Shown here piece after piece: positions 1-14,150 of a stretch of DNA of 64,000 nucleotides (position 1 is its first letter; each line of letters starts with the position of its first letter). Both the position numbers and the translations under genes were made by a program. Source of the DNA: Vicugna vicugna (taxonomy: Eukaryota); contig MU058065.1 of NCBI GenBank assembly GCA_013265495.1, positions 6,820,302 to 6,884,301 on the forward strand. The letters run 5' to 3'. The notes beneath the pieces are model-generated. The model had not been told where the DNA came from, searched no databases, and saw only the letters and a program-made list of their open reading frames with translations.

Positions 1-239
1 AGTGGCTTCTGTGCACCATTGCTTAAGAGGAAGTCTACTGGGGCCAAGGGACTCCTAAGAAATATTCCTGATTAAATACACACACACACATACACACACA
101 CAAACACACTCTTGGTTCTTGTCTTTGAATATAGTTATAACATATGATGTGTGGAGCTGAGGCAGCCACTATTTTGACAATGAGGCAAAAAGTGTGCCTG
201 ATGTTTTTAGGCTGATGGAGCCAAAGGATAAAGAGAACC

Positions 240-430
240 TGAGAATAAAGAGTTCAGAAATAAACCTAAGCATAAATGGTTAAATGATTTTCAACAAGGA
301 TGCCAAGACTATTCAATGGGGAAAAAATAGTCTTTCAACAAATTGTGATGGAAAAATTTGATATGCACAAGCACAAGAAGGAAATTGGATCCTTACCTTA
401 CACCACATACAAAAATTAACTCAGAATGGG
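240..430 (+). mobile_element. L1 ORF2 fragment
   Basis: TTTTCAACAAGGATGCCAAG...AGTCTTTCAACAAAT...CACCACATACAAAAATTAACTC. Confidence 0.75.
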
Positions 431-2007
431 GTTGAGATTGGAGTCTGAGATGAAGTCTAGGGGGACCAGGCATGGGATGGCAGCTTGTGATAAGGTGGAT
501 GGTCAGAGAAGGATGAATGTCAGGAATAGGGAGAGATCCAGAAATAGAGGCTGAGGATGAGGTTGAGTGAGATTCAGGGAGGGTGGAGATGGGGTTGGGA
601 CCAGATATGGAGTAAAGCTTAGGAATGGGATGAATTTGGGGGTAAGCCTCAGGGAGGGGTGTTAGAAATGGAGTGAATGTCAGGAGTGGATTAGTGGCTA
701 TAATAGTGGCCGCTGCTATTTAGTCTAGTTAGTGGCTGGAGCAAAACGGTATCACTGGAAGGGTCACCATCTTCTTTGGAGCTGTGTTTAAGATGCTCTT
801 CCTGAGAGCAGGATGGAGATGCCTTGGACTGTATACTTGAGACTCTACAAGCAGGTTAGTGAGGAAGGAGTTAAGGGCCCAAGCCCTAAGAGATACATTT
901 GATTCAGGAGAGAAGACAGAAGAATGTGGAAAGAATCCAAAGAGGAAGGCTGGGAACTGGGCCTGGCAACCTCTGTCCTCTCCCTCCCTCCCCTAATTCC
1001 CCTTCCACCCCTTCTACTGTGTAACTCAATGCTCATCTTCCTTTATCCTCTGCTGCCTCAAAGACAACTCCATTGGGGCTTCAGTAAGTAAATAAGGATA
1101 CATACTGGGTCTGGGGAAATACAAATGACTAATACATGTCTGAAAAGTAGCTTGGCCTCGCTAGTAACCTGCAAAGTGGGAACCAAACAGCAGTAAATAA
1201 CTTGGAAGTATTTTAAACAAGGCAGGGATGTAGTCAGAATTCTCTTCAAACAATACACATTGTTCAGTTAGATTTTTAAATGGAGTGTGTAGTTCTCTGA
1301 GTATAGCTCAATGGTTTGGATTTCAGACCTGTAAAGATACCAGGATTTTGGTATTGAAATAACATGGTGTATGAAAATATCAAAAACTGGTGTTTCGTTC
1401 ACTAGATAGGGTAGAGATTAGATATCTGGTCAAGGTCAGGGAGATGGCTCACCTCAGGGAGGAACTCAACGTCCAGGATGGGCCTGGGACCAGGGATGCG
1501 GTGCATCTTAAGAGAGGAGTGGGGCAAAGGTCAGAGATGGGAGAGAGTCAGGGATGGAATTGGGGTTAGGGATGGGGTACACATCATCGACTGGATGGGG
1601 GACAGGGATTGGGATGTGAACGTGTGTTCTGCACAATGCTTGTTGATTTTAAATTTTGGAAATTTGTTTTGTAGGCTTGGTAAAAATATTCCAGCCCCCA
1701 AGTTATCATGTTGAATTATGTTATTTCCCCCTACACAGTTCCCCTTCTGGTCAACCACGGCCCCCTTACTATCTGTTGCCTCCTTATGTGGTGGCCCATT
1801 CTTACTGGTTCCAGCAAAAATATTAATTGATAATCTGTATTTTATTCCATAGTGGTTTAAGACTGCCTCTTTCCCAGCAACTTGCATCTTAGAGTATTTT
1901 AGATGCTGAAAGTCTCTTAGATGCAGATGAAATAAAATGATAATCTCCGCTTTGGTCTAAGGGTCTTCCCAGAGATATCTTCCCAGAGATGACCACTAAT
2001 CAAGAAT

Positions 2008-2418
2008 TATATTGTGGTTTTGGTTCCAGATCACTGCAGTAAAGTGAATAGCGAGATAAAGCCAGTTGCTTGCATTTGTTTGGTTTCCCAGTGCATATAA
2101 AAAAAGTTATATTCACTCTATACTGTAGTCTATCAGGTACACAATAGCACTATGTCTAAAAAATGTACATACCCTAATTAAAAATACTTTATTGCTGAAA
2201 ATTGCTAACCACTATCTGAACCTTCAGTGAATCATAATCTTTTTGCAACAGTGACATCAAAGGTCACTAGTGAGCAAATGCTGTTGGAAAAATGGTTCTG
2301 ATAGACTTGCTTGAGGTAAGGGTTGCCACAAAACTTCAACCTTTGTAAAAAAAAAAAAAAACCAGTATCTGCAAGTTACAATGAAGAGAAGTACAATAGA
2401 GCAAGGAGGCATGCCTGT
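2008..2418 (-). mobile_element. Internally deleted Tigger1 (Tigger1a_Art-like) DNA transposon
   Basis: Both Tigger1 termini recognisable (ends ...GGCATGCCTG-TA) joined without the transposase. Confidence 0.7.
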
Positions 2419-2569
2419 ATAGCATTTTGCTGTTTCTACACAGAGGTTAGAGGGACCAAAGTTCTCTGGGTTTGACCCAGAAAGCCACAAGTGACTAACA
2501 GCTGGGCTCTCACCGTGACTGCTATTATCCATCCTGCTAGTCTGTTTTTAAACTCAAGATTCTTCATCT

Positions 2570-2905
2570 GGAGGTCGTTGGCTTCAAGAAGTGGAATAGA
2601 AGGACGTGGAGCTCACTCTTTCCCACAAGTACATCAAAAATACATCTACATGTGGAACAATTCTCACAGACTATCTACTGAACTTGGGCAGAGGATCTTG
2701 TCCAATTGGAATTACAAGGAGAATATCATGAAACTGGATAAATAGCAAGGTCCTACTGTACAGCACAGGGAACTATATTCAATACCTTGTAATAGCCTAT
2801 AATGAAAAGGAATATGAAAAAGAATATATATATAACCGAATCCCTACACTGTACACCAGAAGTTAACACAACATTGTAAACCAACTATAATCCAATTAAA
2901 AAAAA
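2570..2905 (+). mobile_element. Artiodactyl-type L1 3' end (about 2735-2905) preceded by an L1 5'UTR-like segment
   Basis: AAGGTCCTACTGTACAGCACAGGGAACTATATTCAATA...A-tail; upstream GACGTGGAGCTCAC...ACATCAAAAATACATCTACATGTGGAACAATTCTCACAGA. Confidence 0.6.
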
Positions 2906-3659
2906 TCCTTCTTCCAACCCAGAAATGAATTAAAGAATTAAACAAATAAAAATAAGCAGAATATGTTACTGCAAACTTTTTAAGATTAGTTTTCCTTTTT
3001 TATCAAAGTATTTCCCCCTACATTATTTAAAAAAGCAAAAAAAAAAAAAAAAAAAAGAAAAGCGAAACAGCTTTATAAAGCTTATAATGAAAACCAGCAG
3101 CAGTCCCCCTTCTTGCCTCCCCCCAGGTAAAGACAACAACTTTCAACACTCACAGCTGTTTCATTCAACAATGGTCTACATATTTCTAAATACCATCTTT
3201 ATTCTGCTAACTCTTGAGATTTTTTTCTGAGTTTTAGGTATCATCTTTTGACTTCCTATTTTGGCTTCTGCGGATTTAGCACTCTCTCCTGCTTCCACCC
3301 CCACTGTCCAAGCAAACACAAACACTGCCTCCCCCATTCTCCCAGGACATGAATACCACACTTTTTTGTTAAATCAACATTCAGTGTTTAAGTTAAAATG
3401 ACTACATAAAAAAGTAACTCACAGTTGGGTAAAATGTTTACATTTCCCTTTTTTGTACAAATTTTGTTTTCCCTGGAATTAATGATAGTAATTTTTCCAT
3501 GTACTTTTCATTACATCAGTACCATATGCCAAGGTAATAAACATCAGATAATCTGTGTCTATATTCTTCTTTCCTGGAGACCGTTCTCCTTGAGCCCTTC
3601 ATATCCCTGCTCCAATCTGAACGGTTATTCTTCAGGCCTGCTCCTTTTTTTTCTAAATT

Positions 3660-4498
3660 GCTTTAACTACATTTACAGATAAATTTTAGAATCTGATTGC
3701 TAATTTCTACAAAACATTTTGCTGGAATTTTGATCTGGATTATGTTGAATCTATAAGTCAATTTGGAGAAAATGAACATCTTAACAATATTGAGTCTTCC
3801 AATCCGTGAGCATGGCATCATTCTCCAATTATTTAGACCTTTTCTAATTTGTCTTGACAATGTTTCACAGTTTTTAGTACATAGATTTTGTACACATTTT
3901 GTTAAATTTATCCCTCAGTGTTTTATGGTTATTCAAATGTTATTATAAATGGTATTTAATTTTTAAAAGTTTTTTCTTTCTAGTATGTAGAAATGTAACT
4001 GAGTTATGTATATTGATCTTGTATTCTGGTATCTTAGTAAATTCACTTATTAGTTCTGGTAGTTTTATTTCTAAAGATTCTTTTGGATTTTATATGTATG
4101 CAATCAGATCACCTGAGAATAAAGACAGTTTTATTTCTTCCTTTTATGCCTTTTATTTATTTTTCTCCAGTACAATGCTTAATAGAAGTTGTAAGAGTAG
4201 GCATCTTTGCCCTGTTCACAATCTTAGGGATAAAGCATTCAGTCTTTCTCTACTAAACACGATGTTAGCTAAAGATTTTTCATGGAGGCCCTTTATCAGG
4301 GTGAGGACATTCTCTTCATGAGTGGGTGTTAAAATTTCCTCTTTCATTACGGGCATGGCCTCTGGAGCCAGACTACTGCTACTTAGGGGCTTTGTGACTA
4401 AGGGCAATCGTTTAACCTTCCTCTACCTCCTTGTAAAATGTGGATAATGATGTTATTCAGCTAATTTCTATGAAGATTAAATTAAATGATTACAAACA

Positions 4499-4541
<43 letters not shown>

Positions 4542-5350
4542 CATTTAGAAGAATGCTTATGATACCATAAGTATAGCTATAGAAATGTTAGCTATTGTAC
4601 TTTTGGTTTACTCCCTTATTTTTCTGAGAAAGGATATAAAGTATATAACCTTTTAGACACTTTGAATTTCCAAAAAAGTCTTTGTTCTACTCTTGCATGT
4701 GATCGGTATTTTGGCCGAGTATTGTATTGCAGGTCAGAATTCATTTTCCCTCGGAATTTTGCAGATTTTTCTTCATTTCTTTTAGCTTCTAGAGTCACTG
4801 TTGACACTTCTAATGCTATTCTGATTCTTGATCTGTTGTATGTGACTGAATTTTCTCTTAGGAACTTTTAGAATATTCTTTTTATCCTTGTAGTATTAGA
4901 ACACATGATTATGTGCCATGTTAGGGGTTCTTTTCTCATTCATTTTTCTCAGTACTTGGTGAATCCTCTTAATCTGGAAACTCAGGTTCTGTGAAATTTT
5001 CTTGTATTATTTCTTTGATACTTTTTTCCTTTTCCTTTTCCTTCTCCTTTTTCACTCCTTTTATTTGGCTGTTAAATCCCCCAATTGACTCTCTAATATT
5101 TTTTGTCACTTTTAATTTGTTTTTCAATATCTTCATCTTTCCAGTTTCCATGAAATTATCCTTAACTTTATCTCTCAACCTTTGAATTAGGACTTAAAAT
5201 TTCTGCTTTCATATTTTAAATTTCTAATAGGCTTTTCTGTTCTCTAATTTTTCCTTTTATGGCACCTCTTTCTTGCCTCACGGATGTAATATTTCCTCTT
5301 ACCTTTTTGAGGCTGTTATGATTTTTGTGAAGATTTCTTTAGCTCCTTTG
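3660..5350 (-). mobile_element. Old L1 fragments (ORF2 about 3660-4320; ORF1-like about 4620-5350)
   Basis: Minus-strand ORFs give L1 ORF2-like peptides (PCSRIGRLNIVKM...YRFN; KSLANIVFSRERLNALSLR). Confidence 0.7.
4503..4538. repeat. (CA)n microsatellite; further CA/TG runs near 78-109, 39137-39195, 47664-48065, 54489-54532 and 61544-61590
   Basis: Direct inspection. Confidence 0.9.
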
Positions 5351-8300
5351 ATTGTCTCTGTGTCTTTTTTTTTGATCTGATAACTCAGTTACCACTTGAC
5401 ATCTACCTTCTGATTTCTATTAAGAAAATCTCTTATCTTTTATTTTCCCTCATATCCTCTTTGTTCTTGTACCTTGTGGGAGTATGCCTTAAAAAAATCC
5501 CTTTAATGTAATTTTTAGTGGATTTTTGAAAGGGAGCAGCCATAAAATCCAATCCTCTATTTTTGATATAAAAATTTCCTGAATTTAGAAAACATAGTTA
5601 TTTTGAAGTCACATTCAGATTGTTTTATTATCTTTGGTTCCTCAAGTGTGAATTCTCCTATTTGCTATATTGGCTGACGGTTGATTGTAGTGGCTGTTAG
5701 TTCTTATAATATTTGATTGTGAGCTAATCTATTAAAGAGCATTTTTTTCCCCATGGATGTCTTCTATGTATCCTGGATACTGAAGACATCTACACAGGGG
5801 CAGTGTCATGGTTGTTCTTGATGGAGCCTTACTGGGTTACATGATTCATAGCATTTTTTGTTATTGTTATTTCTTGGTCCTAGGTTTCCATACCATTCCA
5901 AAGGGCAGATTTGGGTCCTCATCATTTGCTTCCCAGGCCTTGTAAGTCTGGATGTCCCTCGGGTGACCCTATTTCCTCCCCAGCCTAGGACAGGCTGCTC
6001 ACTTTGAGGTCGTGTCTCAGAGCTGGTAAGTGTTTTTCTATCCCCAGGTAAGGGTGAACCAGCTCTTCCCTGATTCCTGGCTTTCTGCAAGGAATCCAAT
6101 TCCAGTTCCACACTGTGTATGGGGTCTGTAGATAACAATGGTGTTATCATTCTCATCCTTAAGATGCATGATCAGTTCTAGTATCCTTCTGGGTTCCTCT
6201 GGCTTCAACTCTTACTTCCTGATAAGTCTGTGCATTTCTAAATTCCCTTTTCATGTTTGGCCCTTAGAGACCACCCGTGCCCCTTTGCTTTTAATCTCAC
6301 AGATTTATTTAAAAATTAAGAATTATATGTTATTTAACATTTCAAAGCAGGGTGTGTGTGTGTGTGTGTATTGTTTCTTCCCATGCCTCTTCAGACCACC
6401 ATCATAACCGGATAACAGTAAAAATTCAAATAGCATATAAAATCAAAACAATTTCTCTTCCTGTTCTTTATTTCCTTTCCTCAAAGGTAAGCATTGTTAA
6501 AACTCTCTCCCAGTGAATTTTAATATCAAACTGAAGGACACATTGGCCAAATTTCTAGTTAACTCACAGTGTGTCTGTGTATGCTGCATCCACATGTTTG
6601 TGTGTGTGCATGTGTATGTGTGTGTTGGATGTGAATGACCGTGCGTTATCCCAAGATTATCACCTCCTTCTTTCGGCCAGGTTCAAATCAGCAGGCTGGG
6701 AGAAGTAAGATACAGAAGGTAAGTGGGGAGGTGTCTCTGAAGAAATCCAGTCACTTCCGACATGGGAAGAAATTGTATTGCCCAACAGAAATCTGTGAAG
6801 TCACATCCGTACTTCTCTTGGGTCCCATGTTGTAAACAAGACTGTCTTCCTGAAAAAGCTGGCTTTGCTCCAACTGTGAGACTGTTGAAGGTGGAGGGAG
6901 ACTAAGCAAGTAAGGTCTAATGGGCACAGAGGGCAGGGCTCTCCACTTTGCTGGCGTCCTTGTGCTGATGATATGTATCTGATGATACTCAGCATGCACT
7001 GTCTGCTGTGCCCATTGGCCAAGGTGTTATAGAAAACATGTTAATAAGTAAGAATCAAATATCCAGTTAGCTGATTATGTATCAAATGTCTATTATGCAC
7101 CCAATTTTGTGCTAGATCCTTAAAAGAAGGGCAGGTACTATAGAAATGAAACTTAGGAGACAAGAAAAACCTGTGAATGGAGGATATGTGAGGAGTACAT
7201 TAAATTTCCTGTAGTTTAAAAGTGATTAGAACAAAGAGAACTTTCTGGGGGTCCTAGTGCACCACAAGCTGAATCTGAAGATTTGGGGAAATGTTTCTAA
7301 TTAAAGAGAAAGAAAAGAAAGACTTAGTAGCTGCATGACCTTGAATGTTCTTTTAAACTTTCTGAATCTCAGTTCCCTCTTCTGTGAAATGAGGTTGGAG
7401 TAGGTCAGTTCCTTTCCAGTTCTAAAAGAAGATGTTCTAAATCGAAGAATCTATACGTCTACAGGTGTGAATTTGATATGAAAATTCTACCTTTGTACAG
7501 ATCATGATCATTAATAATTAGGTGCCTCATAGAAGACCACTTCTTACTACGTGCTTTCTGGGCAGATGCTGACCAGGTCTAACATGAAAAGTTCTAGAAA
7601 GGCCTCCCTTCTTCCCCTCCTCCTCTCATTCCTCCCTTCCCCCCACCTCCCCTTCCAACACCTTCTTCCCTCATCTGTCAGCAATTCATTTCTTTGGGAA
7701 AAAATGCAAATACCCCTGGGTGAGGGGAATACTTTTCTTTCAATTATTAAGCCTAGAAAGAGAATGGGTTTTTGAGCCTCTCTTTCTGAGCCTTCAAGGT
7801 CATGAACAAACCAGCACATCAGCTTAGCCTCTTGCTAAAACAGATGTGTCTGCTGATAACTGTAGACATAATATGCAGCAGGCTGTGTGAAAAGCGCTTT
7901 TTACATGAATTGCTTCATTTAATGCTCACCAAGACCTTATGGTAGTATTATTATCCCTATTTTACAGATAAGGAAAATAATCGGGTAAGTGGCAAATTGC
8001 AGTTTCAATCAAGGATTCACTGCTTTCAGAGTCTGAAGCTCTCAATTGCTCACGACAGGTGGAGAAGAACTGGGGTGGAGTGAGAGCCCCAAAGGGGCTT
8101 TGGACGAGGCTGGGTCTTGGTCTATCCTGAGTTGTCTGATCTTGCACAAGTCACTTAACTTCTCTGACCCTCGTTTCCTTGAAGGCATGGTAGCATTAGA
8201 AGCTTGTCAAGGTTCAAGGTAATGGATGTCAGGCTCTTAGAATAGACTAGGGCCTTGATAAGTGGCAGATATTACTGTCACAGCAGAGTCTTGGAGAGGT

Positions 8301-11256
8301 ATGTCAGTTAAGGAACTGGTTAGTAATCCCAAGCCTTCTAACTTTAAGGGCAGTGCTTTCTGCTTGATGTCACAGGGTCAGGGAGCTAATAGGAGAGTTG
8401 GAATATAGCGCTTTCAAAGGCATTGGGCTACTCGGAGATGAAAAGTCAGATTTTGGAATGGAAACCGATTATCTTCCATCATGTTCTTGCAACACCCATT
8501 TTTTTCTCTTCTCCTGGATCATTGCTATTAGCATACAAGTTCTCATCTTATAATAACTCTCCTTTGACCCCACATTGCTGTTAACTTCAGTGCTAATTTT
8601 CTGTTCCACTTTTCAGCTAAGCTCTGAGTCTCACTGCTCAAGGGGTGCTTTAAGCCTGTGACATTTAGCAGAGTCTCAACTGGATGCTGACCTGGACCCA
8701 CTCTGGGGTTTGCATAAGTCTGGGCACAACTTAAAAGAATGAAGGGTCAAGGGGCCTGCAGGGAATGAGCTCATCCCTAGGGAGGCAAGAGTTAAGCTCA
8801 CGGGCCTGCAGAAGGCCATCATTCAGAGTTGGGGGCAATGGGATTGGGTGCTGTGGTTAAGACCAGCCTTGGCCTGTGGACTCTCACTTGAGTGTTAGGG
8901 AGATAGGGCTAGGAGTGAACATGAAAAAGGCTGGGAGATTTTGGCAGTGAAAGCAACATACTCACTCAGGAAACCTGGCCCTTTTCCATTCCAGGTGGCT
9001 GGGCTGAAATCGGCAGCTGAGTGAAGGCCAGCTTGGCAGGAGGGCCCAGGAGCCTCAAGGGGGTAGGTGGAAAGTGGGTCCTGGAAAGGTTCCCTGAGCT
9101 GCTGAATCACTGCTTGCTCATTGGGTGTACACAGACAGGTGTAAACAAAGAAAGAGTTTAAAGGGAAAAAAAGAGTCAGATTTCTGTCCTGCCAGGAGTG
9201 TAGAAGAGCGTTATTGTTTTCTCTCACACACCACACTTCCTCCTTCTTAAGTTTCTGTTTTCCCTGGGCTCCTGCTTCCCTCCCACATCTTTGCCTTCTT
9301 TCGGTCTCTTCGGAAGGCCCCTCTCCTCTTTCAGTCCCTTAGATGCTGACATTTTTCCAGATCCTCTTCTCTCCCTTTTCTGCCCTTTCCCTATTGTCTG
9401 CTTTTCCTGAGTGATGTCACCTACTCCTGTGGCTTGAATGAGCAGCCATCTCTGTGAAAGTGAGCTCCAGAAATGTGTTTCCAGGCTAGCCATTTCTCCT
9501 GGGCTTCCAGCACTAGATTCCAGGGCACATTGACATGTCTTTGTGTACCCTCACTATAAATTCAAAGTTGAAGCCAGCATCTTCCTTCCAAAACCTGCTT
9601 CTTTCAAGCCATTTGTCCAAGCTAGGGGTTGAAGAATGCTTTTCAGCTCCCTCCTTCTTTCTCACTGCCCCACCCCATCCAACTGATAGCCAAGTCCTCT
9701 TGGTTTGCCCTTAAAGATCTCTTTAACTCACGCCCCTATCTCCAACCCCATTGTCATTGCTTTGCACAGCCACTCACCATTTCCACTATAGCCTCCTAAG
9801 TGGACTCCTGCCTTGAGCTTCTACCCCTTTCGGTTCATTCATATACCACTCAGGGAGCAATCTGATTGCAGTGTTCATCTGCTTAAAGCTCCTATTGCCT
9901 GTGAGATAAAGTTCCAACTTTTTAGCACAGCACTCAAGGCCCTCTGTGATTTGGCCTTACCTGTGGCCCAGGCCTATCTATGTCATCTTCACATCTGGTA
10001 AGGCCTTTGCTTTGGCCATTCTGACTTCCTTTTCCCCTGATACATCATCCTGTCTGCCTTAGTTTAGATTTCTCTGGTTGTAAGTAACAGAAACCTGCTT
10101 TCAAGAGGCTGGAGCCTGAAGGGAATTTAGTGAAAGGATCCAAGGGGTATCTGATGGACCCCAAGGGTCATGAGATTTTAAGAGGGACCAGAACCAGGAG
10201 CAGGAAGGTGGCTCCTTACTTGGGCACTCTCTTTTTGAGGGCCACTGCTTCTTCATCTCTACTTCATTTAGCAGGTCTATTTTATTCCTCATTTTAGGCA
10301 CAACTTTCTCTGCTTCTTTCTGCTCATAGCTACCCATGAGTTTACATCATCCCGAATAAACTGAAAACTGCCTTCTGGGTCTCTATCAAAAGTTGGTTTT
10401 CTTTCCCCCTGAATTTTCATCTACAGGTACTGGAAGAAAAGTGTCATGGCACAATCTTTTTTTTCTTTTAATTTATGTATTCATTTTACAATATTATATT
10501 TTTAAAATTCAAGTATAGTTGATGTACAATAGTGTATGTGACAGGTGTGTAAGGTAGTGATTCATAATTTTTAAAGGTTATACCCCATTTATAGTTATTA
10601 TAAAATATTGGCTATATTCCCCATGTTGTATAATACATCCTTGTAGCTTATTTTATACCTGATGGTTTGTACCTCTTAATCCTCCACCTCTACATGGGCA
10701 CAATCTTATGAGTCTTGCCATCAGTCTTGTGGGAATTAGGTTTCTCAGCGACCTGCGAGGAGACTTTCCAGTAGAGCGAAAAGGAGAACGACTGGAGAAA
10801 CAGGAAACCAGGGTCTAGCCTTGCTTCTGTTGCTTGTAGTTCAACTTTGGCAAGTTTCCACCTACTCTGGGCCTTAAGTAGGCCACCTGTCAAAAGGGGA
10901 ACTCAGTCTAGAAGTGAATTCTTTTTTTTTTCCAAAATTTTATATACATACAATGAAATATTAGCAAAAATTAAGAGAACTATGACAAGGATGAACCCTG
11001 AAGATAATACAATCAACTGGTCACAAAAAGATAAGTACCATATGATTTCACTTACATGGTGTACCAATAGTAGTCAAAAATCATAGAGACAAAAAGTAGA
11101 ATGGTTGTTTTTGGGGGCGAGAGGGAGGGGGAAATTGAAAAGTTGTTATTTAATGAGTATGGCATTTTGTTTTGTAAGATAAAAAGAGTAGTGGGGATGG
11201 ATGGTGATAATGGCTGAATACTCATATGAATGCACTAACCAAGAAGTGAATCTTTT

Positions 11257-11403
11257 GGGGGAAGGTGTAGCTCAGTGGTAGAGCGTGTGCTTAACATGCA
11301 TGAGGTCCTGGGTTCAATCCCCACTACCTCCATTTAAAAGTCAATCAAACAAACAAACCAAATTACCTCCTCCTCTCACCCCCTCAAAAAAGAAACTGGG
11401 CTC
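11257..11403 (+). mobile_element. tRNA-derived SINE, Vic-1-like (camelid)
   Basis: A box TAGCTCAGTGG, B box GGTTCAATCC, AAT(T)ACC-type tail; TSD CCAAGAAGTGAATCTT at 11239-11254 and 11404-11419. Confidence 0.85.
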
Positions 11404-13800
11404 CCAAGAAGTGAATCTTATAAGCTCCCTTCCACCCAGACAATCTAGATTTAGGTAAAGCAGTTTAGGGCCACCACTCACAGATGGGCAGGTTTGACAC
11501 TGCACAGCCCTAGAGGGTTGCCATTTGCAGAGTGTTCAATGTACCTGTGTGTGTCCTAAGTGGAAATGGTAGAGTCTTTCCATAAATGGAGGATTTTTAT
11601 GCAACACTGACCCTGGTCCCTGGGAGTTACTATGACATTGAATCCCCGGAGCCTTTCAGAAATTCCTGGGAGTCATGCTTATTCATTTTTGTTAGCTGAG
11701 TTGGACCCTTGGGCAAGGGAGGGAATTAGGCAGGGGGCAGCAGCGGTGTCCAAGTGCCATGGCCAATTGAATAGTCAAGCAAAGTAAATCCCTTAGCATA
11801 ATGCTGGACCTCCAAGAAAGTCCTCTCGAAGAGCTAGCTGGTATTATCACTGTAGTGGTACAGAGAAAAAATATGGGACAGAACACCTCATGGGAATTAA
11901 GAGTTTAACCCAACTTCTGGGTTGGCTTGGCATAGAGCCAGCTTTGATAGGAAACCGTCCCCACTGTTTATGGCCAGGGGAACATGTCTGACATCAGACT
12001 TTGCAAGGCTCTATTGGGAAATCAGTGATGTGTCTGTTTTCTCCGGGAAGGTGCCTTGTGAACGTCTCTGAAGCTGCTCGGGGAGGGGCCTTAGGTTGGG
12101 ACAGTGATGTCTGCTCTTCCCCACATCCGCTCCCTACCCCCACATCTGCCCCACCTTGGGCGGATGGAATGGTCAGGAGGAGGCTCCATGCAAGGCTATC
12201 TTGCTTTTGGCTGGGGGTCAGCTTAGAAGAGTTGGGGGGGTTCTTAGAGACTGGAAGTGGACATGGAAAGAGAGAAGTGGACTATATACCTGTAAGGGGA
12301 AAATCACTCTCACAGACAATTCTAATCCTGATAGAGCATTTCTCATGTCCAGTTTGAGCAGATCTGCCACCATTGCTTCTGGGTCAATGGGCTTTAAACT
12401 TGAGTCTTGATCAGATTCATCTTGGGCTCTAGATTCTCAGGACCCACTCTCAGCTATTCAGATTCTTTAGGACTGGGACCTTCACCTCACGTTAACCTTA
12501 CGCTGGGGTAGTGAGTTGGATATTTTCCATTTGCTCGTCCAGACCCACTCTCTGCCTTTCTCTACCATGTGCTATGCCCTGGGATGCTGACCAATATGGA
12601 CTGCCTTAGTGGATTTCTGGTCCTCTGGTTTCTGAGCTCAGCCAGTAGGAACCCTGGCCGGAGATCTACAGGCAGAAGCTTCAATTTCAGAGAATTTATC
12701 CCCCAGCTCTGTCCCTGCTGATTGCTGGGATTGGCTCTTGGCAGGCAGCCCACATCATATAGCCTTCTCTTGGGGCTCCTGCCATGGCTCCCCTACAACT
12801 CCTATGGCCTAGGGATAGTAACAGATCACAATCGTTACTGCCCTAAGGGTGCTGCACCATTGCTCATTACTTTCTCCAAACCCTTCCCACATTTTGTTAA
12901 AGGTCCTTTTTATTCAATTCTCAAGAGTTTTTAAAAATTGAGATATAGTTGATTTACAATATTGTATTAGTTTCTGGTGTATAGCTTAGTGACCTACTTA
13001 TACATGTATATATGCCTTTTCATATTCTTTTTCATTATAGGTCATTGCAAGGTACCGGGTAGAGTTCCCTGTGCTGTACAGTGCGACTCTGCTATTTATC
13101 CAGTTCTCGTGAGTTTTATAAAACTATCTGTCCTTGCCCAGCTCCAGGATGCTATTTGGGTCCTGCCTGGACCCTGATCCATTTCGGGGTTGTCCACAAA
13201 GCTACACTTTAAGCAAGGAGCCCAACTTAAAATAGAGACAGAAATAGAAATACATTAGAAATACTGTTTCAATGGCTTTTAATGCTTCCTAGTTCCTTTT
13301 GGTCCCCTTAGTGCTTAAATTATTTGAGACTAAGGTGATGTTTTTCAAAAAGCAACTTTACTAGAAAATGAGGTTAAAAGAAAAAAGGCTAATACTATTT
13401 AAGGAGAAAGTAAAGCACAAAAACAGGCATATCCACAAAGCCCAGCCTCCCTGTCTGTAAGGAGGCCTACACCCGTGATGGCCCGCAGGCCCCATCCATA
13501 GTCCCCAGGCCTCAGTTCTCTCAATTCTGGAAAAAACACTGCCCCAACCAAATAAATTGAAACCATTGAAAAGTGCATGAATTAATCGTGAATATTACTC
13601 TGCCCTCCAATTCTCTTTAACAGTAACTCCTTTTAACGGCTTGGTGTAGATTCTCCCAGATATTTTTCTGAATATTTTTAAACCCATATATATTTTCATG
13701 TTTTTATACAAATGGTTAAGCCACTTACTATGCATGCTGTTCTACTTTTCTTTTTCATTCAACATTATTTCTTGAAGATCTTTCCATGTCCATTCACATA

Positions 13801-14150
13801 CAACCGTCCCTCAGTTGTCATGGGGGATTATTTTTAGGACTACCCAATGGGTACCAAAATCCACAGATGCTCAAGTCTCTTATATAAAATAGCATAGTAT
13901 TTGCATATAATCTACATTCATCCTCCTGTAGACATTAAATCACCTCTAGATTACTTACAATACTTAACACAATGTAAATGCTAAGTAAATTGTTGTAACT
14001 ACAAGGTAAATGCTATGAAAATAGTTGCTGATGCACGGTAAATTCAAGTTTGGTTTTTTGGAACTTTCTGGAATATTTTTTCTGAGTAGTTTCAATCCAT
14101 GGTTGGTTAAATCTGCATATGCAGAGCCCATGGGTATGGAGGGCTGACTG
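13801..14150 (+). mobile_element. MER2-family (TcMar-Tigger) element
   Basis: TA-flanked inverted termini CAACCGTCCCTC...GAGGGCTGACTG; internal ACCAAAATCCACAGATGCTCAAGTC. Confidence 0.75.

Noticed and set aside
430..1620. Two purine-rich GGGATGG-type blocks
   Set aside because: No definable repeat unit or coding signal; treated as low complexity.
11257..11331. Possible functional tRNA-Ala gene (also at 27721 and 36116)
   Set aside because: Degenerate stems, shared SINE tail and target-site duplications identify these as SINEs.
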